DNA of 64,000 nt from an uncultured Candidatus Saccharibacteria bacterium (GTDB lineage Bacteria; Patescibacteriota; Minisyncoccia; Phycocordibacterales; PALSA-1337): NCBI GenBank assembly GCA_964600255.1, contig CAZRIX010000002.1, positions 34,067-98,066 of the forward strand, in the 5' to 3' direction. Each line of letters opens with the position of its first letter. The first letter of the stretch is position 1. Below the pieces are notes generated by a model that was not told the DNA's origin, searched no databases, and worked only from the letters and a program-made list of their open reading frames with translations. This document shows positions 55,898 through 64,000 of the stretch, piece after piece. The position numbers and the translations under genes were made by a program.

Positions 55898-55923
55898 GTA
55901 TGTTATAATATTTAACAATAAGT

Positions 55924-57300
55924 ATGGCTACCAAAAAAATCGTACAAGATATTGTTCCAGGGGAGAAACACTCTATAAGAGAGGTTACTCTTGATGATGA
56001 GATTGTAACCAAACCTAAAATAAATAGACCAGCAAGCAAGCGTAAAATAGTTAAAAAAGTAGTAGAAGAGGATGTAGAAATTGACGAAGAAGAGAGTGAG
56101 GATGAGGATACCATCGCAGAAAGTACAAGGGCAACTTCAAGAAAGCCTAAAATAAAGAAAAAGAAGATTTCACTGAAGTTTCTTTTAACTTTTGTAGTTA
56201 TTTTTGTATCAGTAGTAGTTATTGGTATAGCTCTTTCTCTTTCATATTCAAAAGCAGTAGTTACCATTACTCCAAAAGTAACAAATTTTGACATCAACGG
56301 AACCTTTACAGCAAAGAAGGGCAATTCTGAGATAGATCTAAACTATGATGTAATCTCAGTAACTGGTAGTACAAGTCAGATGGTCGTCGCAACAAAGGGT
56401 CCAAAGATTCAAACCAAAGCAAAAGGTACAGTAGTCATTTATAATAACTATTCCGACAAAGCACAGTCACTTGTAGCAGGAACTAGAGTTGCTACGCCAG
56501 ATGGACTAGTTTACAGAACAATATCAAGTATCACGGTACCAGGCAAAAAGTCTGTACCAGGCAGTGTTACAACAACAGTTATAGCAGACCAACCAGGTGC
56601 AAACTACAATATAAAGGTTGCTGATCTAAAGGGTGACTTCAAGCTTCCTGGTTACAAGGGTAGTGACAAGTACAATGGATTCTACGCTAGAATGAAGACC
56701 GATATGACCGGCGGATTCCTAGGAGAAAAGATGGTGATTGATGCGCAAGTAAAAGCAAAAGCTGTTAAGGTACTAGAGGATGAGCTGCGAGGAACTCTAC
56801 TATCAAAACTTCAGGCAAACCTACCTGATGACTATGTATTGTACGATGGTGCTTATAGCTTTGAATTTGAGACTCTCGATCCAATTATGAAAGATGCGGC
56901 TAGTGCTGAAATAGTAGTAAGATCTACTGTGTATGGAGCAATATTTAAAATAGATCCATTGATCAAGTTTATTGCAGGAAGTGAGATAAAGAAATTCCCC
57001 TCATCTACATATCAGATCGATGGCGAGGATGATCTAGCTTTCAAGATATCAAACTCAAAAGACTTCTCAGCAAAGAAAGGTACTCCTCTTATATTCACCC
57101 TAAAAGGCCCAATAACAATAAAGGGACTTTTCTCAGAATCTAAGCTAAAGGATGACCTAAAGGGAATCAAACTAACTGATAGTAATGCTGTTTTTGCCAA
57201 GTACCAGTCTATAGCAAATGCCCACGCTTTGATAACACCTTTCTGGCTAAGATCCTTCCCAAATTCTCCAGAACGCATTAATATAGAGTATAAGCATTGA
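55924..57300 (+). CDS. Single-pass membrane protein with an acidic N-terminal region
   Basis: The N-terminal region is charged (DEEESEDED). A single TM helix follows (LLTFVVIFVSVVVIGIALSL), then a large extracytoplasmic beta-rich domain. Confidence 0.5.
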   Translation: MATKKIVQDIVPGEKHSIREVTLDDEIVTKPKINRPASKRKIVKKVVEEDVEIDEEESEDEDTIAESTRATSRKPKIKKKKISLKFLLTFVVIFVSVVVIGIALSLSYSKAVVTITPKVTNFDINGTFTAKKGNSEIDLNYDVISVTGSTSQMVVATKGPKIQTKAKGTVVIYNNYSDKAQSLVAGTRVATPDGLVYRTISSITVPGKKSVPGSVTTTVIADQPGANYNIKVADLKGDFKLPGYKGSDKYNGFYARMKTDMTGGFLGEKMVIDAQVKAKAVKVLEDELRGTLLSKLQANLPDDYVLYDGAYSFEFETLDPIMKDAASAEIVVRSTVYGAIFKIDPLIKFIAGSEIKKFPSSTYQIDGEDDLAFKISNSKDFSAKKGTPLIFTLKGPITIKGLFSESKLKDDLKGIKLTDSNAVFAKYQSIANAHALITPFWLRSFPNSPERINIEYKH

Positions 57301-57344
57301 CTTTTAGTGGGTAGTTCTGGTAGTATATGTAAACGCAAAAATTA

Positions 57345-57584
57345 ATGGATTCCAAGATCAATAATACCCAAAAAACAAAGTCTACGACAACAGCATTTGG
57401 TGTTGTAACCGAAGCTCTGCCAGACACTTTGTTTAAAGTTAAAATTGACGGTAAGGAGGAAGACCAACTTGCGTATTTAGCAGGTAAAATGCGAATGCAT
57501 CGCATCCGAGTCCTTATCGGAGATAAAGTTGAGATGGAGTTGGATTCATACGGAGGTAGGGCACGTATTACAAAGAGATTTTAA
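57345..57584 (+). CDS. infA: Translation initiation factor IF-1
   Basis: S1-like fold: VTEALPDTLFKVKIDGKEEDQLAYLAGKMRMHRIRVLIGDKVEMELDSY. Confidence 0.9.
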   Translation: MDSKINNTQKTKSTTTAFGVVTEALPDTLFKVKIDGKEEDQLAYLAGKMRMHRIRVLIGDKVEMELDSYGGRARITKRF

Positions 57585-57611
57585 TAGCTTACTCATAGAT
57601 TTTTAATAAAA

Positions 57612-57728
57612 ATGAAGGTAAAGGCATCTGTAAAGAAAATTTGTCCAAAATGTAAAGTAGTTCGAAGAAAGAGCTACGTTTATGTTATTTGTAAGTCAAA
57701 CCCAAGACATAAGCAGAGACAAGGCTAA
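57612..57728 (+). CDS. rpmJ: 50S ribosomal protein L36
   Basis: [38 protein letters not shown] (38 aa, zinc-ribbon C-x2-C...C). It falls below the ORF-track cutoff and was found by reading the sequence. Confidence 0.9.
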   Translation: MKVKASVKKICPKCKVVRRKSYVYVICKSNPRHKQRQG

Positions 57729-57740
57729 TAATACAAACAT

Positions 57741-58121
57741 ATGAGAATACTAGGTATAACAATTCCAGATACAAAAAGACTTGATGTTGCACTAACTGTT
57801 TTATACGGTGTAGGTAGATCAAGAGCTACTAATATCCTAAAGCAAGCAAAGATTGATCCAACTATTAAATCAAAGGATCTATCAGTTGAACAGGAGAACG
57901 AAATCCGTAAGATCATTGAATCATTTAAAATAGAGGGAGACTTGAAGCGTGAAGTTGCTTCAAACATAAAGAGACACAAAGATATCAAAACATATCGAGG
58001 TACTCGTCATATGAGAAGACTTCCAGTAAGAGGCCAGAGAACAAAGACAAATTCTAGAACTGTCAGAGGTAACATAAGAAAGACCATGGGTTCAGGAAGA
58101 AAGAAAGAGGAAAAGAAATAA
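57741..58121 (+). CDS. rpsM: 30S ribosomal protein S13
   Basis: MRILGITIPDTKRLDVALTVLYGVGRSRA. Confidence 0.95.
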   Translation: MRILGITIPDTKRLDVALTVLYGVGRSRATNILKQAKIDPTIKSKDLSVEQENEIRKIIESFKIEGDLKREVASNIKRHKDIKTYRGTRHMRRLPVRGQRTKTNSRTVRGNIRKTMGSGRKKEEKK

Positions 58122-58145
58122 TACTGAATAATAATCAAGAACAAT

Positions 58146-58577
58146 ATGGCAAAGAAAATAGTTACAACTACAGAGACAGCAGAAGTAAAGGAGAAAGCTC
58201 CCAAGGTAGTTTCTGCTTCATCAAAGAAGCGTCTTTCTTCTGGAATTTTACACGTTCAGTCTACATACAATAACACTAAGGTATTACTTACAGACAATGA
58301 AGGTAATGCTGTTATGTGGGCATCTTGTGGTAACCTAGGATTCAAGGGTGCAAAGAAGGGAACTCCTTTTGCAGCTGCAAAGGTAGGTGAGACACTAGCT
58401 GCAAAGGCTGAGCTTCTAGGTCTAAAAGACATCAAGGTTGTAGTTAAAGGAGTAGGCTCTGGTCGCGAATCTGCAATCAGAGGCTTTATTTCTAGAGGGG
58501 TAAATATTTCTTCTATCAAGGACGAGACTCCAGTTCCTCATAACGGACCTCAGCCCAAGAAGCCAAGACGAGTATAA
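58146..58577 (+). CDS. rpsK: 30S ribosomal protein S11
   Basis: ILHVQSTYNNTKVLLTD..GNAVMWASCG. Confidence 0.95.
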   Translation: MAKKIVTTTETAEVKEKAPKVVSASSKKRLSSGILHVQSTYNNTKVLLTDNEGNAVMWASCGNLGFKGAKKGTPFAAAKVGETLAAKAELLGLKDIKVVVKGVGSGRESAIRGFISRGVNISSIKDETPVPHNGPQPKKPRRV

Positions 58578-58595
58578 TATTTAATTTATAAAATT

Positions 58596-59207
58596 ATGAA
58601 AATTGGACCAAGATACAAAATTGCAAGAAGACTAGGGGTAGGTGTTTTTGAAAAAACACAGACTCAGAAATTTACTGTACGTACAGAACAGAAGAGAGCA
58701 AATAGTAAGTCATCAAAGCCTCGTGCAAAGAGTGAATACGGACTTGGCATGATCGAGAGACAGAAAGCTCGTTTCGGTTACGGTATAACAAGTAAGCAAT
58801 TTTCTAACTATATCGAAAAGGCTATCGACAAGAAAGGCAATACTGGTGAACAACTAATCAGTCTACTTGAAGCTCGTCTAGATAACGTAGCTCTACGTGC
58901 TGGATATGCAACTACTCGTCAGGCTGCTCGTCAGGTATCTTCTCATGGTCACCTAACAGTTAACGGCAAGATCGTTACTATCCCTTCATACCAAGTTAAG
59001 GTTGGAGATGTGATCGGAATAAGAGAAGGAAGCAAGAAGAAGGCCCTTTTCAATACTCTAGATGATAGATTCAAGACAATCAAAATCCCCTCATGGTTAA
59101 AACTAAATTTCGACAAGAAGGAAGTGGAGGTTGTTGGTATACCGCATGTTGCCCCTACGGAGTTATTGTTCAATGTCGGAACAGTTTTGGAATTTTATAG
59201 TCGTTAA
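58596..59207 (+). CDS. rpsD: 30S ribosomal protein S4
   Basis: MKIGPRYKIARRLGV... with an S4 domain (LEARLDNVALRAGYATTRQAARQ). Confidence 0.95.
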   Translation: MKIGPRYKIARRLGVGVFEKTQTQKFTVRTEQKRANSKSSKPRAKSEYGLGMIERQKARFGYGITSKQFSNYIEKAIDKKGNTGEQLISLLEARLDNVALRAGYATTRQAARQVSSHGHLTVNGKIVTIPSYQVKVGDVIGIREGSKKKALFNTLDDRFKTIKIPSWLKLNFDKKEVEVVGIPHVAPTELLFNVGTVLEFYSR

Positions 59208-59243
59208 TTATTAAGGGATTTCAATAATTTTAAATAAAAATAT

Positions 59244-60212
59244 ATGTCAAATCATTCAATTATAGTTCCATCAAAGCCAAAGATAATCCGCGAGGAGGGT
59301 TTTAGTGGTATTTATGAAATTGACGGTCTATACCCAGGATACGGACATACTCTAGGTAATTCTCTAAGAAGAATTATTCTTTCATCTCTACCAGGTGCAG
59401 CTGTTACAAAGGTAAAGATCAAGGGTGTAGAACATGAATTCTCAACGATCGAGGGTGTTAAGGAAGACGTTATCGCTCTTCTTCTAAACTTCAAGAAGCT
59501 GAGAATTCGTTTGATCACAGATGAACCTCAAGTTATTACAATCAAGGCAAAGGGCGTAAAGACAATCACAGCAAAGGATATCGAAACACCAGGACAGGTT
59601 GAAATCCTAAACCCAGAGCTACACATTGCAACTCTTACAGACAAGTCATCTGACTTTGATGTAGAACTTACAGTTGAAAAGGGTCTTGGTTATGTTTCAA
59701 AGGAAATCCTTACAAAGGACCGTGTTGATATCGGTACTATCTCTCTTGATGCAACATTTACTCCTATAAGAAAGGTGAACTACGAGGTTGAGAATATGCG
59801 TGTTGGAGACAGAACAGATTTCAACCGTCTAAGAATCTCAATCGAGACTGATGGAACATTCACTCCAAAGGAAGCCCTTGAGAATTCAATCGCTCTTATG
59901 ATCATGCAATTGAAGTCAATTGTAGGATTCAAGGAGGAGGAAGTTGTTGTTGAGGAAAAGGCAGAAGCTGGATCTGAAACAGACGGAGGAGAACCAAAGC
60001 AAGAGATGGATGTTGAGTTCCTAAAGACACGCATCGATGCTATCGGACTTTCTCCAAGAACAACAAAGGCTCTTACAAGTGCAAACATCCGCACAATCGG
60101 AGGTTTGGCACGCAAGAAGGAAGTTGATATCCTAGATATCGAAGGTCTTGGAAGTAAGGGTATCCAGGAGATCAAGAAGGTACTTTCACAGTACGGTATA
60201 ACATTAAAGTAA
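59244..60212 (+). CDS. rpoA: DNA-directed RNA polymerase subunit alpha
   Basis: N-terminal dimerisation domain (GYGHTLGNSLRRILLSSLPG) and the C-terminal domain (LSPRTTKALTSANIRTIGGL). Confidence 0.95.
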   Translation: MSNHSIIVPSKPKIIREEGFSGIYEIDGLYPGYGHTLGNSLRRIILSSLPGAAVTKVKIKGVEHEFSTIEGVKEDVIALLLNFKKLRIRLITDEPQVITIKAKGVKTITAKDIETPGQVEILNPELHIATLTDKSSDFDVELTVEKGLGYVSKEILTKDRVDIGTISLDATFTPIRKVNYEVENMRVGDRTDFNRLRISIETDGTFTPKEALENSIALMIMQLKSIVGFKEEEVVVEEKAEAGSETDGGEPKQEMDVEFLKTRIDAIGLSPRTTKALTSANIRTIGGLARKKEVDILDIEGLGSKGIQEIKKVLSQYGITLK

Positions 60213-60237
60213 ACAGATTAATATTTAAAATAATTTT

Positions 60238-60588
60238 ATGAGACACCATTCAGTTACAAGAAAATTCGGACGTGAGAAAGATCAAAGAAATGCTTTGATT
60301 CGTTCTCTTGCACGAAACCTCATAAACGAGAACAGAATCCAGACTACTCTTGCCAAGGCAAAGGAGATCCGTCCTTTTGTTGAAAAGCTAGTTACAAAGG
60401 CTAAGTCAGGAACTCTTGCTTCACGTCGTACAGTTATTTCACAGCTAGGTGGTGAAGCAGAGACAAAGGTTCTCTTCGACACATTAGCAAAGAAATATGC
60501 TGATAGAAAGGGAGGATATACAAGAATTATTAAAATGGCTCCTCGTGTGCTTGACGCAGCACCTATGGCTATGATTGAATTTGTATAA
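60238..60588 (+). CDS. rplQ: 50S ribosomal protein L17
   Basis: MRHHSVTRKFGREKDQRNALIRSLARNLI. Confidence 0.95.
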   Translation: MRHHSVTRKFGREKDQRNALIRSLARNLINENRIQTTLAKAKEIRPFVEKLVTKAKSGTLASRRTVISQLGGEAETKVLFDTLAKKYADRKGGYTRIIKMAPRVLDAAPMAMIEFV

Positions 60589-60610
60589 TCATAATATAAT
60601 ACTGAAACAT

Positions 60611-60955
60611 ATGAATCACACTATAGATGCACAAGGAAAGAAGTTGGGAAGAGTAGCTAGTGAAGCTGCAGCACTTTTGAATGGTAAAATGTCTGTAAGT
60701 TTTTCTAGAAACGTAGTTTCTGACGTAAAGGTTAGTATCGTGAATACTAGTAAGGCAGATTTTGATATCAAAAAGTTAAAACAGAAGGAATACATCACTT
60801 TCACAGGTTTTAGAGGAGGTCTATATACAGAATCTCTTGAACACCTAATCGCTCGCAAGGGTGCAAAGGAGGTTTTTGAAAGAGCTGTTTACAGAATGCT
60901 TCCTTCAAACAGTTTGAGAAAGCAGAAGATGAAGAATTTAACTATCACAGATTAA
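60611..60955 (+). CDS. rplM: 50S ribosomal protein L13 (short)
   Basis: DAQGKKLGRVASEAAALLNGK. The ORF opens at 60575, but the Met at 60611 is the likely start. Confidence 0.8.
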   Translation: MNHTIDAQGKKLGRVASEAAALLNGKMSVSFSRNVVSDVKVSIVNTSKADFDIKKLKQKEYITFTGFRGGLYTESLEHLIARKGAKEVFERAVYRMLPSNSLRKQKMKNLTITD

Positions 60956-60960
60956 TTTAT

Positions 60961-61374
60961 ATGACAGCAATTAAAACAACAGATAAATACATTGAAGCAA
61001 TCGGACGTCGCAAGACTGCTACAGCTCGCGTAAGAATCGTTCCTGCAGCCAAGACTACTTACGATGTAAATGGTAAGACAGTTGAGGACTATTTTGCAAC
61101 AAAGGAACTTCAAGCAGTAGCTACTGGCTCAATGACTGAAGCGGCACTTACAGAAACAAAGTTTAAGGTTACTGTAGTTACAAAGGGTGGAGGTGTTAAC
61201 GGCCAGGCAGAGGCTATGAGACACGGTATCGCTCGTGCACTTATCGATTGGGACAAGGAACTAAGAGGTAAGCTAAAGAAGGCAGGAATGCTAAAGCGTG
61301 ATCCTAGAGCAAAGGAAAGACGTAAGTTCGGTCTAAAGAAAGCTCGCAAGTCACCTCAGTGGAGTAAGAGATAA
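60961..61374 (+). CDS. rpsI: 30S ribosomal protein S9
   Basis: C-terminus ...RKFGLKKARKSPQWSKR; GGGVNGQAEAMRHGIARAL. Confidence 0.95.
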   Translation: MTAIKTTDKYIEAIGRRKTATARVRIVPAAKTTYDVNGKTVEDYFATKELQAVATGSMTEAALTETKFKVTVVTKGGGVNGQAEAMRHGIARALIDWDKELRGKLKKAGMLKRDPRAKERRKFGLKKARKSPQWSKR

Positions 61375-61386
61375 TAAATACAAAAA

Positions 61387-61409
61387 GTCCGGCTTGCCCG
61401 GATTTTTTG
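61387..61409 (+). terminator. Intrinsic terminator after rpsI (TCCGGcttgcCCGGA plus T6)
   Basis: Read directly from the sequence. Confidence 0.6.
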
Positions 61410-61432
61410 TTTCAAGTATACTACCTTCACAT

Positions 61433-61975
61433 ATGAATGAAGAAAATGATATCAAAATAGAAGCCGATGAGAATCTAGATGATTCTGTAATCGCAGAGGA
61501 GAATGCTCTAGATACCATCAAATCATTAAAGGAGAAGCTAAAGGAGGCTGCTGCGGAGAAGCAGGAGTATCTTAATAACTGGCAGAGGGACAAAGCTGAG
61601 TTTCTAAACGCCCGCAAGCGCGACCAGGAGGCTCAGAAGGACTTTGCACGTTTTTCAAATGAGAATATTATTTCTGAACTTATTCCTGTCCTAGATAGCT
61701 TTAACATGGCAATGGGGAACAAGGAGGCTTGGGAGAAGGTAGACAAGAATTGGAGAATAGGTGTTGAATATATTTCAAATCAATTGAAAAAAGTTCTCGA
61801 GGATTTTGGACTAAAGGAGATTGACCCTATTGGCAAGCAATTCGACCCTATGCGCGACGAGGCGATAGAAGATGACAAAGACAGCGATATAGTCACAACC
61901 GTGGTTCAGAAGGGTTATGAGCTAAATGGTAAGGTCCTAAAGGCACCTAAGGTAAAGATTGGGGAGAAGAAATAG
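61433..61975 (+). CDS. grpE: Nucleotide exchange factor GrpE
   Basis: Coiled-coil N-terminus and the GrpE motif (DFARFSNENIISELIPVLDSFNMAM). The Met at 61433 is the likely start. Confidence 0.9.
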   Translation: MNEENDIKIEADENLDDSVIAEENALDTIKSLKEKLKEAAAEKQEYLNNWQRDKAEFLNARKRDQEAQKDFARFSNENIISELIPVLDSFNMAMGNKEAWEKVDKNWRIGVEYISNQLKKVLEDFGLKEIDPIGKQFDPMRDEAIEDDKDSDIVTTVVQKGYELNGKVLKAPKVKIGEKK

Positions 61976-62013
61976 CACAAATGCCCCTCATGCATTGCAA
62001 TTGGGGCATTAAA

Positions 62014-62463
62014 TCAGATTTGGTAATACCAAGATCTGTATTCCGCATTAGCGAGCATTTTGCATGCCAAACGGTATGTACCTTTCCTCTTAACAATTGA
62101 TAGTTGTTCAACTACTAATCTTATAGCTGGAGTCGATAACTCTTTCTCCTTAAGCATTTTCCAGATCAACTTATGATATTCCCGATACTCAGTATGGGAA
62201 TATTCAACAAACAACTTCCAATTCTCAACTGTTGGGTACAAAGACAACAGTTTAGCAAACCACCAAACACCGCACTCCTTGCCACTCTCCCTGAATCGCT
62301 TTAGGATATAGTGTAACTGATCTTCCCGGGGGATCTCCATCTCAGAATAGAACCATCGATAAACCTTCTCGTATTCATGAATATTCCAGGTATTATCGTT
62401 AGGCTTCCTCTTCATGATGATCTGAACCTCACGGAACAGTTCGCGTAACTTCCTTCTCGTCAT
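62014..62463 (-). CDS. Hypothetical protein (Trp/Tyr-rich, 149 aa)
   Basis: A minus-strand ORF between grpE and dnaK with AT-rich codon usage. Confidence 0.45.
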   Translation of the reverse strand: MTRRKLRELFREVQIIMKRKPNDNTWNIHEYEKVYRWFYSEMEIPREDQLHYILKRFRESGKECGVWWFAKLLSLYPTVENWKLFVEYSHTEYREYHKLIWKMLKEKELSTPAIRLVVEQLSIVKRKGTYRLACKMLANAEYRSWYYQI

Positions 62464-62545
62464 TTATCTCACCTCCTTTCACTTTTCATAGATTAACACA
62501 AATTAACTGCGTAGTCAATGTAACTGGGTAATTAATATATCCAAA

Positions 62546-62586
62546 CGAAAAGGCGGTCCATGTGGGGGAGCCGCCTATGTGGGTGA
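62546..62586 (+). repeat. GC-rich hairpin repeat, copy A (GAAAAGGCGGTCC..G..GGGAGCCGCC)
   Basis: Paralogous to 63197-63230. Both lie at the 3' ends of small genes. Confidence 0.6.
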
Positions 62587-62618
62587 CTTGTGATGTTTGA
62601 AGGCGTCACCCGGAGCCT

Positions 62619-62753
62619 TTAACAAACGAGCCTTAATGGGTAGCTGTTTGTGTACCTTTGGAGCCTCCCGTCTGTACCTCGGCGAACGTTGAGGATGGCA
62701 ATCACAACGACAGTAGCAAGGACTCCGAGTATAATAGCAACACGAGTTTTCAT
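62619..62753 (-). CDS. Small membrane peptide (44 aa): MKTRVAIILGVLATVVVIAILNVRRGTDGRLQRYTNSYPLRLVC
   Basis: Below the ORF-track cutoff. It contains one TM helix and is GC-rich. Its 3' end abuts hairpin repeat copy A. Confidence 0.25.
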   Translation of the reverse strand: MKTRVAIILGVLATVVVIAILNVRRGTDGRLQRYTNSYPLRLVC

Positions 62754-62863
62754 TTCTATTAGTATTCTATCATACTATATTACTTTGTCAATACCTTCGT
62801 AATGATTCAGAACCATCTAAAGTACCACCTAGACAACCCTGAATTTGTTGTTATAATACACAC

Positions 62864-63196
62864 ATGTTAGCTATTTCAAATAAACAATTGAATAGCACCT
62901 TTGAAAGAATCGTTCGCGACAAGAATGGGGTACTTGTTCGTGTTCGCTTCATTGTGGTTGAGGTTAATGGTAGCTTCCAAGCTCAGATCGTTTCTGCTGA
63001 AGCTATTGCGAGTCATGTAAATACAAATTCTAATACTCAATCTACTAAGCCAGAGTCTGAAGTTTTCTTTTTTCCTATATTTAAAAAGTCAGTAAATTTC
63101 CACAAGGAAGTTAAACACTTTGTTGAGTCATTCATTTCACCATACCAACCTCTCGACTTTTTAATGAGTCAACCAACTAGAGCGCCGTCTATGTAA
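62864..63196 (+). CDS. Hypothetical protein (110 aa)
   Basis: The ORF ends exactly where hairpin repeat copy B begins. Confidence 0.4.
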   Translation: MLAISNKQLNSTFERIVRDKNGVLVRVRFIVVEVNGSFQAQIVSAEAIASHVNTNSNTQSTKPESEVFFFPIFKKSVNFHKEVKHFVESFISPYQPLDFLMSQPTRAPSM

Positions 63197-63230
63197 AAGA
63201 AAAGGCGGTCCTGATGAGGGAGCCGCCCAT
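63197..63230 (+). repeat. GC-rich hairpin repeat, copy B (bidirectional terminator between convergent genes)
   Basis: AAAAGGCGGTCCtgatgaGGGAGCCGCCC. Confidence 0.6.
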
Positions 63231-63246
63231 TTGTACCATTTTCGGT

Positions 63247-63501
63247 TTAGACCAGACAGATATCATCAACACGACACCACGTTTCTCGTTGATCATCTTC
63301 GAAACTAATCCTAAATGCAACACCATGCGGAAACGCAATTGTCGCATAAGTACCTTGTGGAGTAGTTACCGACCCACTTTCAGGAACAGGAATTATCTCA
63401 ATAATGGTCGCGGTCTTACCGTTAATGGTAAATTGGCCATGAACAGATTCAAATTTGACCCTGTCCTTGACCTTGAATTGGTGAACTAACGATGTGCTCA
63501 T
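63247..63501 (-). CDS. Hypothetical protein; GC-rich
   Basis: A minus-strand ORF (the longest extension runs to 63546). The Met at 63501 (MSTSLVHQFKVKDRVKFE...) is the likely start. Confidence 0.4.
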   Translation of the reverse strand: MSTSLVHQFKVKDRVKFESVHGQFTINGKTATIIEIIPVPESGSVTTPQGTYATIAFPHGVAFRISFEDDQRETWCRVDDICLV

Positions 63502-63530
63502 ATAATCGGATATTATCAAAATATATATAA

Positions 63531-64000
<470 letters not shown>

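Noticed and set aside
63197-63230. Hammerhead ribozyme, suggested by the CUGAUGA core sequence inside hairpin repeat copy B.
   Set aside because: Only 8 nt separate GAAA from CUGAUGA, so there is no room for stems III and I or a cleavage site. The paralogous copy A has TGTGGGG instead. It is a coincidental heptamer.

Overview
This 64 kb window is AT-rich (about 35-38% GC by eye) and dense with housekeeping genes. The bulk is AT-rich; a dozen short GC-rich islets stand out against it. The standard genetic code applies: rpoB, rpoC, uvrA and leuS read through as long uninterrupted ORFs with TGA used as a stop. Several core enzymes are shortened (UvrC, AlaRS, RNase R), and the overall picture resembles a reduced-genome, Patescibacteria/CPR-like bacterium; that lineage call is inference only. 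I found no transposase, integrase, reverse transcriptase, CRISPR array or rRNA.

Gene content, in order along the window:
- Early block: smc 3' end, rnr, rpsP, a KH-domain protein, trmD, a CapA-family protein.
- A roughly 0.8 kb non-coding region with a tandemly duplicated operator-promoter-RNA-terminator unit, directly upstream of rpoB.
- rpoB, an extra membrane-protein ORF, then rpoC.
- ndh.
- A pentose-phosphate cluster: gap, rpiB, rpe, a split transketolase with an ORF between the halves, and zwf further on.
- uvrB, a tandem-receiver response regulator, uvrA, a short uvrC, ddl.
- tRNA-Ala, preceded by two degenerate tRNA-like tandem copies and followed by a 20-bp repeat of its 3' end.
- A pilin-like gene.
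- A LexA-box promoter driving a small ORF plus lexA, then ppa.
- ychF, an EamA transporter.
- leuS carrying an inserted NUDIX domain, behind a structured leader with a terminator.
- A sigma region-4 domain protein, mltG, mnmA, an ATP-cone/PD-(D/E)xK nuclease paired with a zinc metallopeptidase, a short alaS.
- The ribosomal alpha-operon segment: infA, rpmJ, rpsM, rpsK, rpsD, rpoA, rplQ, then rplM, rpsI.
- grpE and a partial dnaK, separated by a cassette of small ORFs.

The non-standard material comes in four kinds:
- GC-rich islets (roughly 50% GC), each encoding small proteins (several with signal peptides) and each ending in a GC-rich hairpin terminator. Some terminators are repeated families.
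- Extra ORFs wedged into conserved gene pairs: rpoB/rpoC, the two transketolase halves, uvrB/uvrA, grpE/dnaK.
- The candidate structured RNAs upstream of rpoB and upstream of leuS.
- Domain novelties: LeuS with a NUDIX insert, and an ATP-cone fused to a nuclease next to a peptidase.
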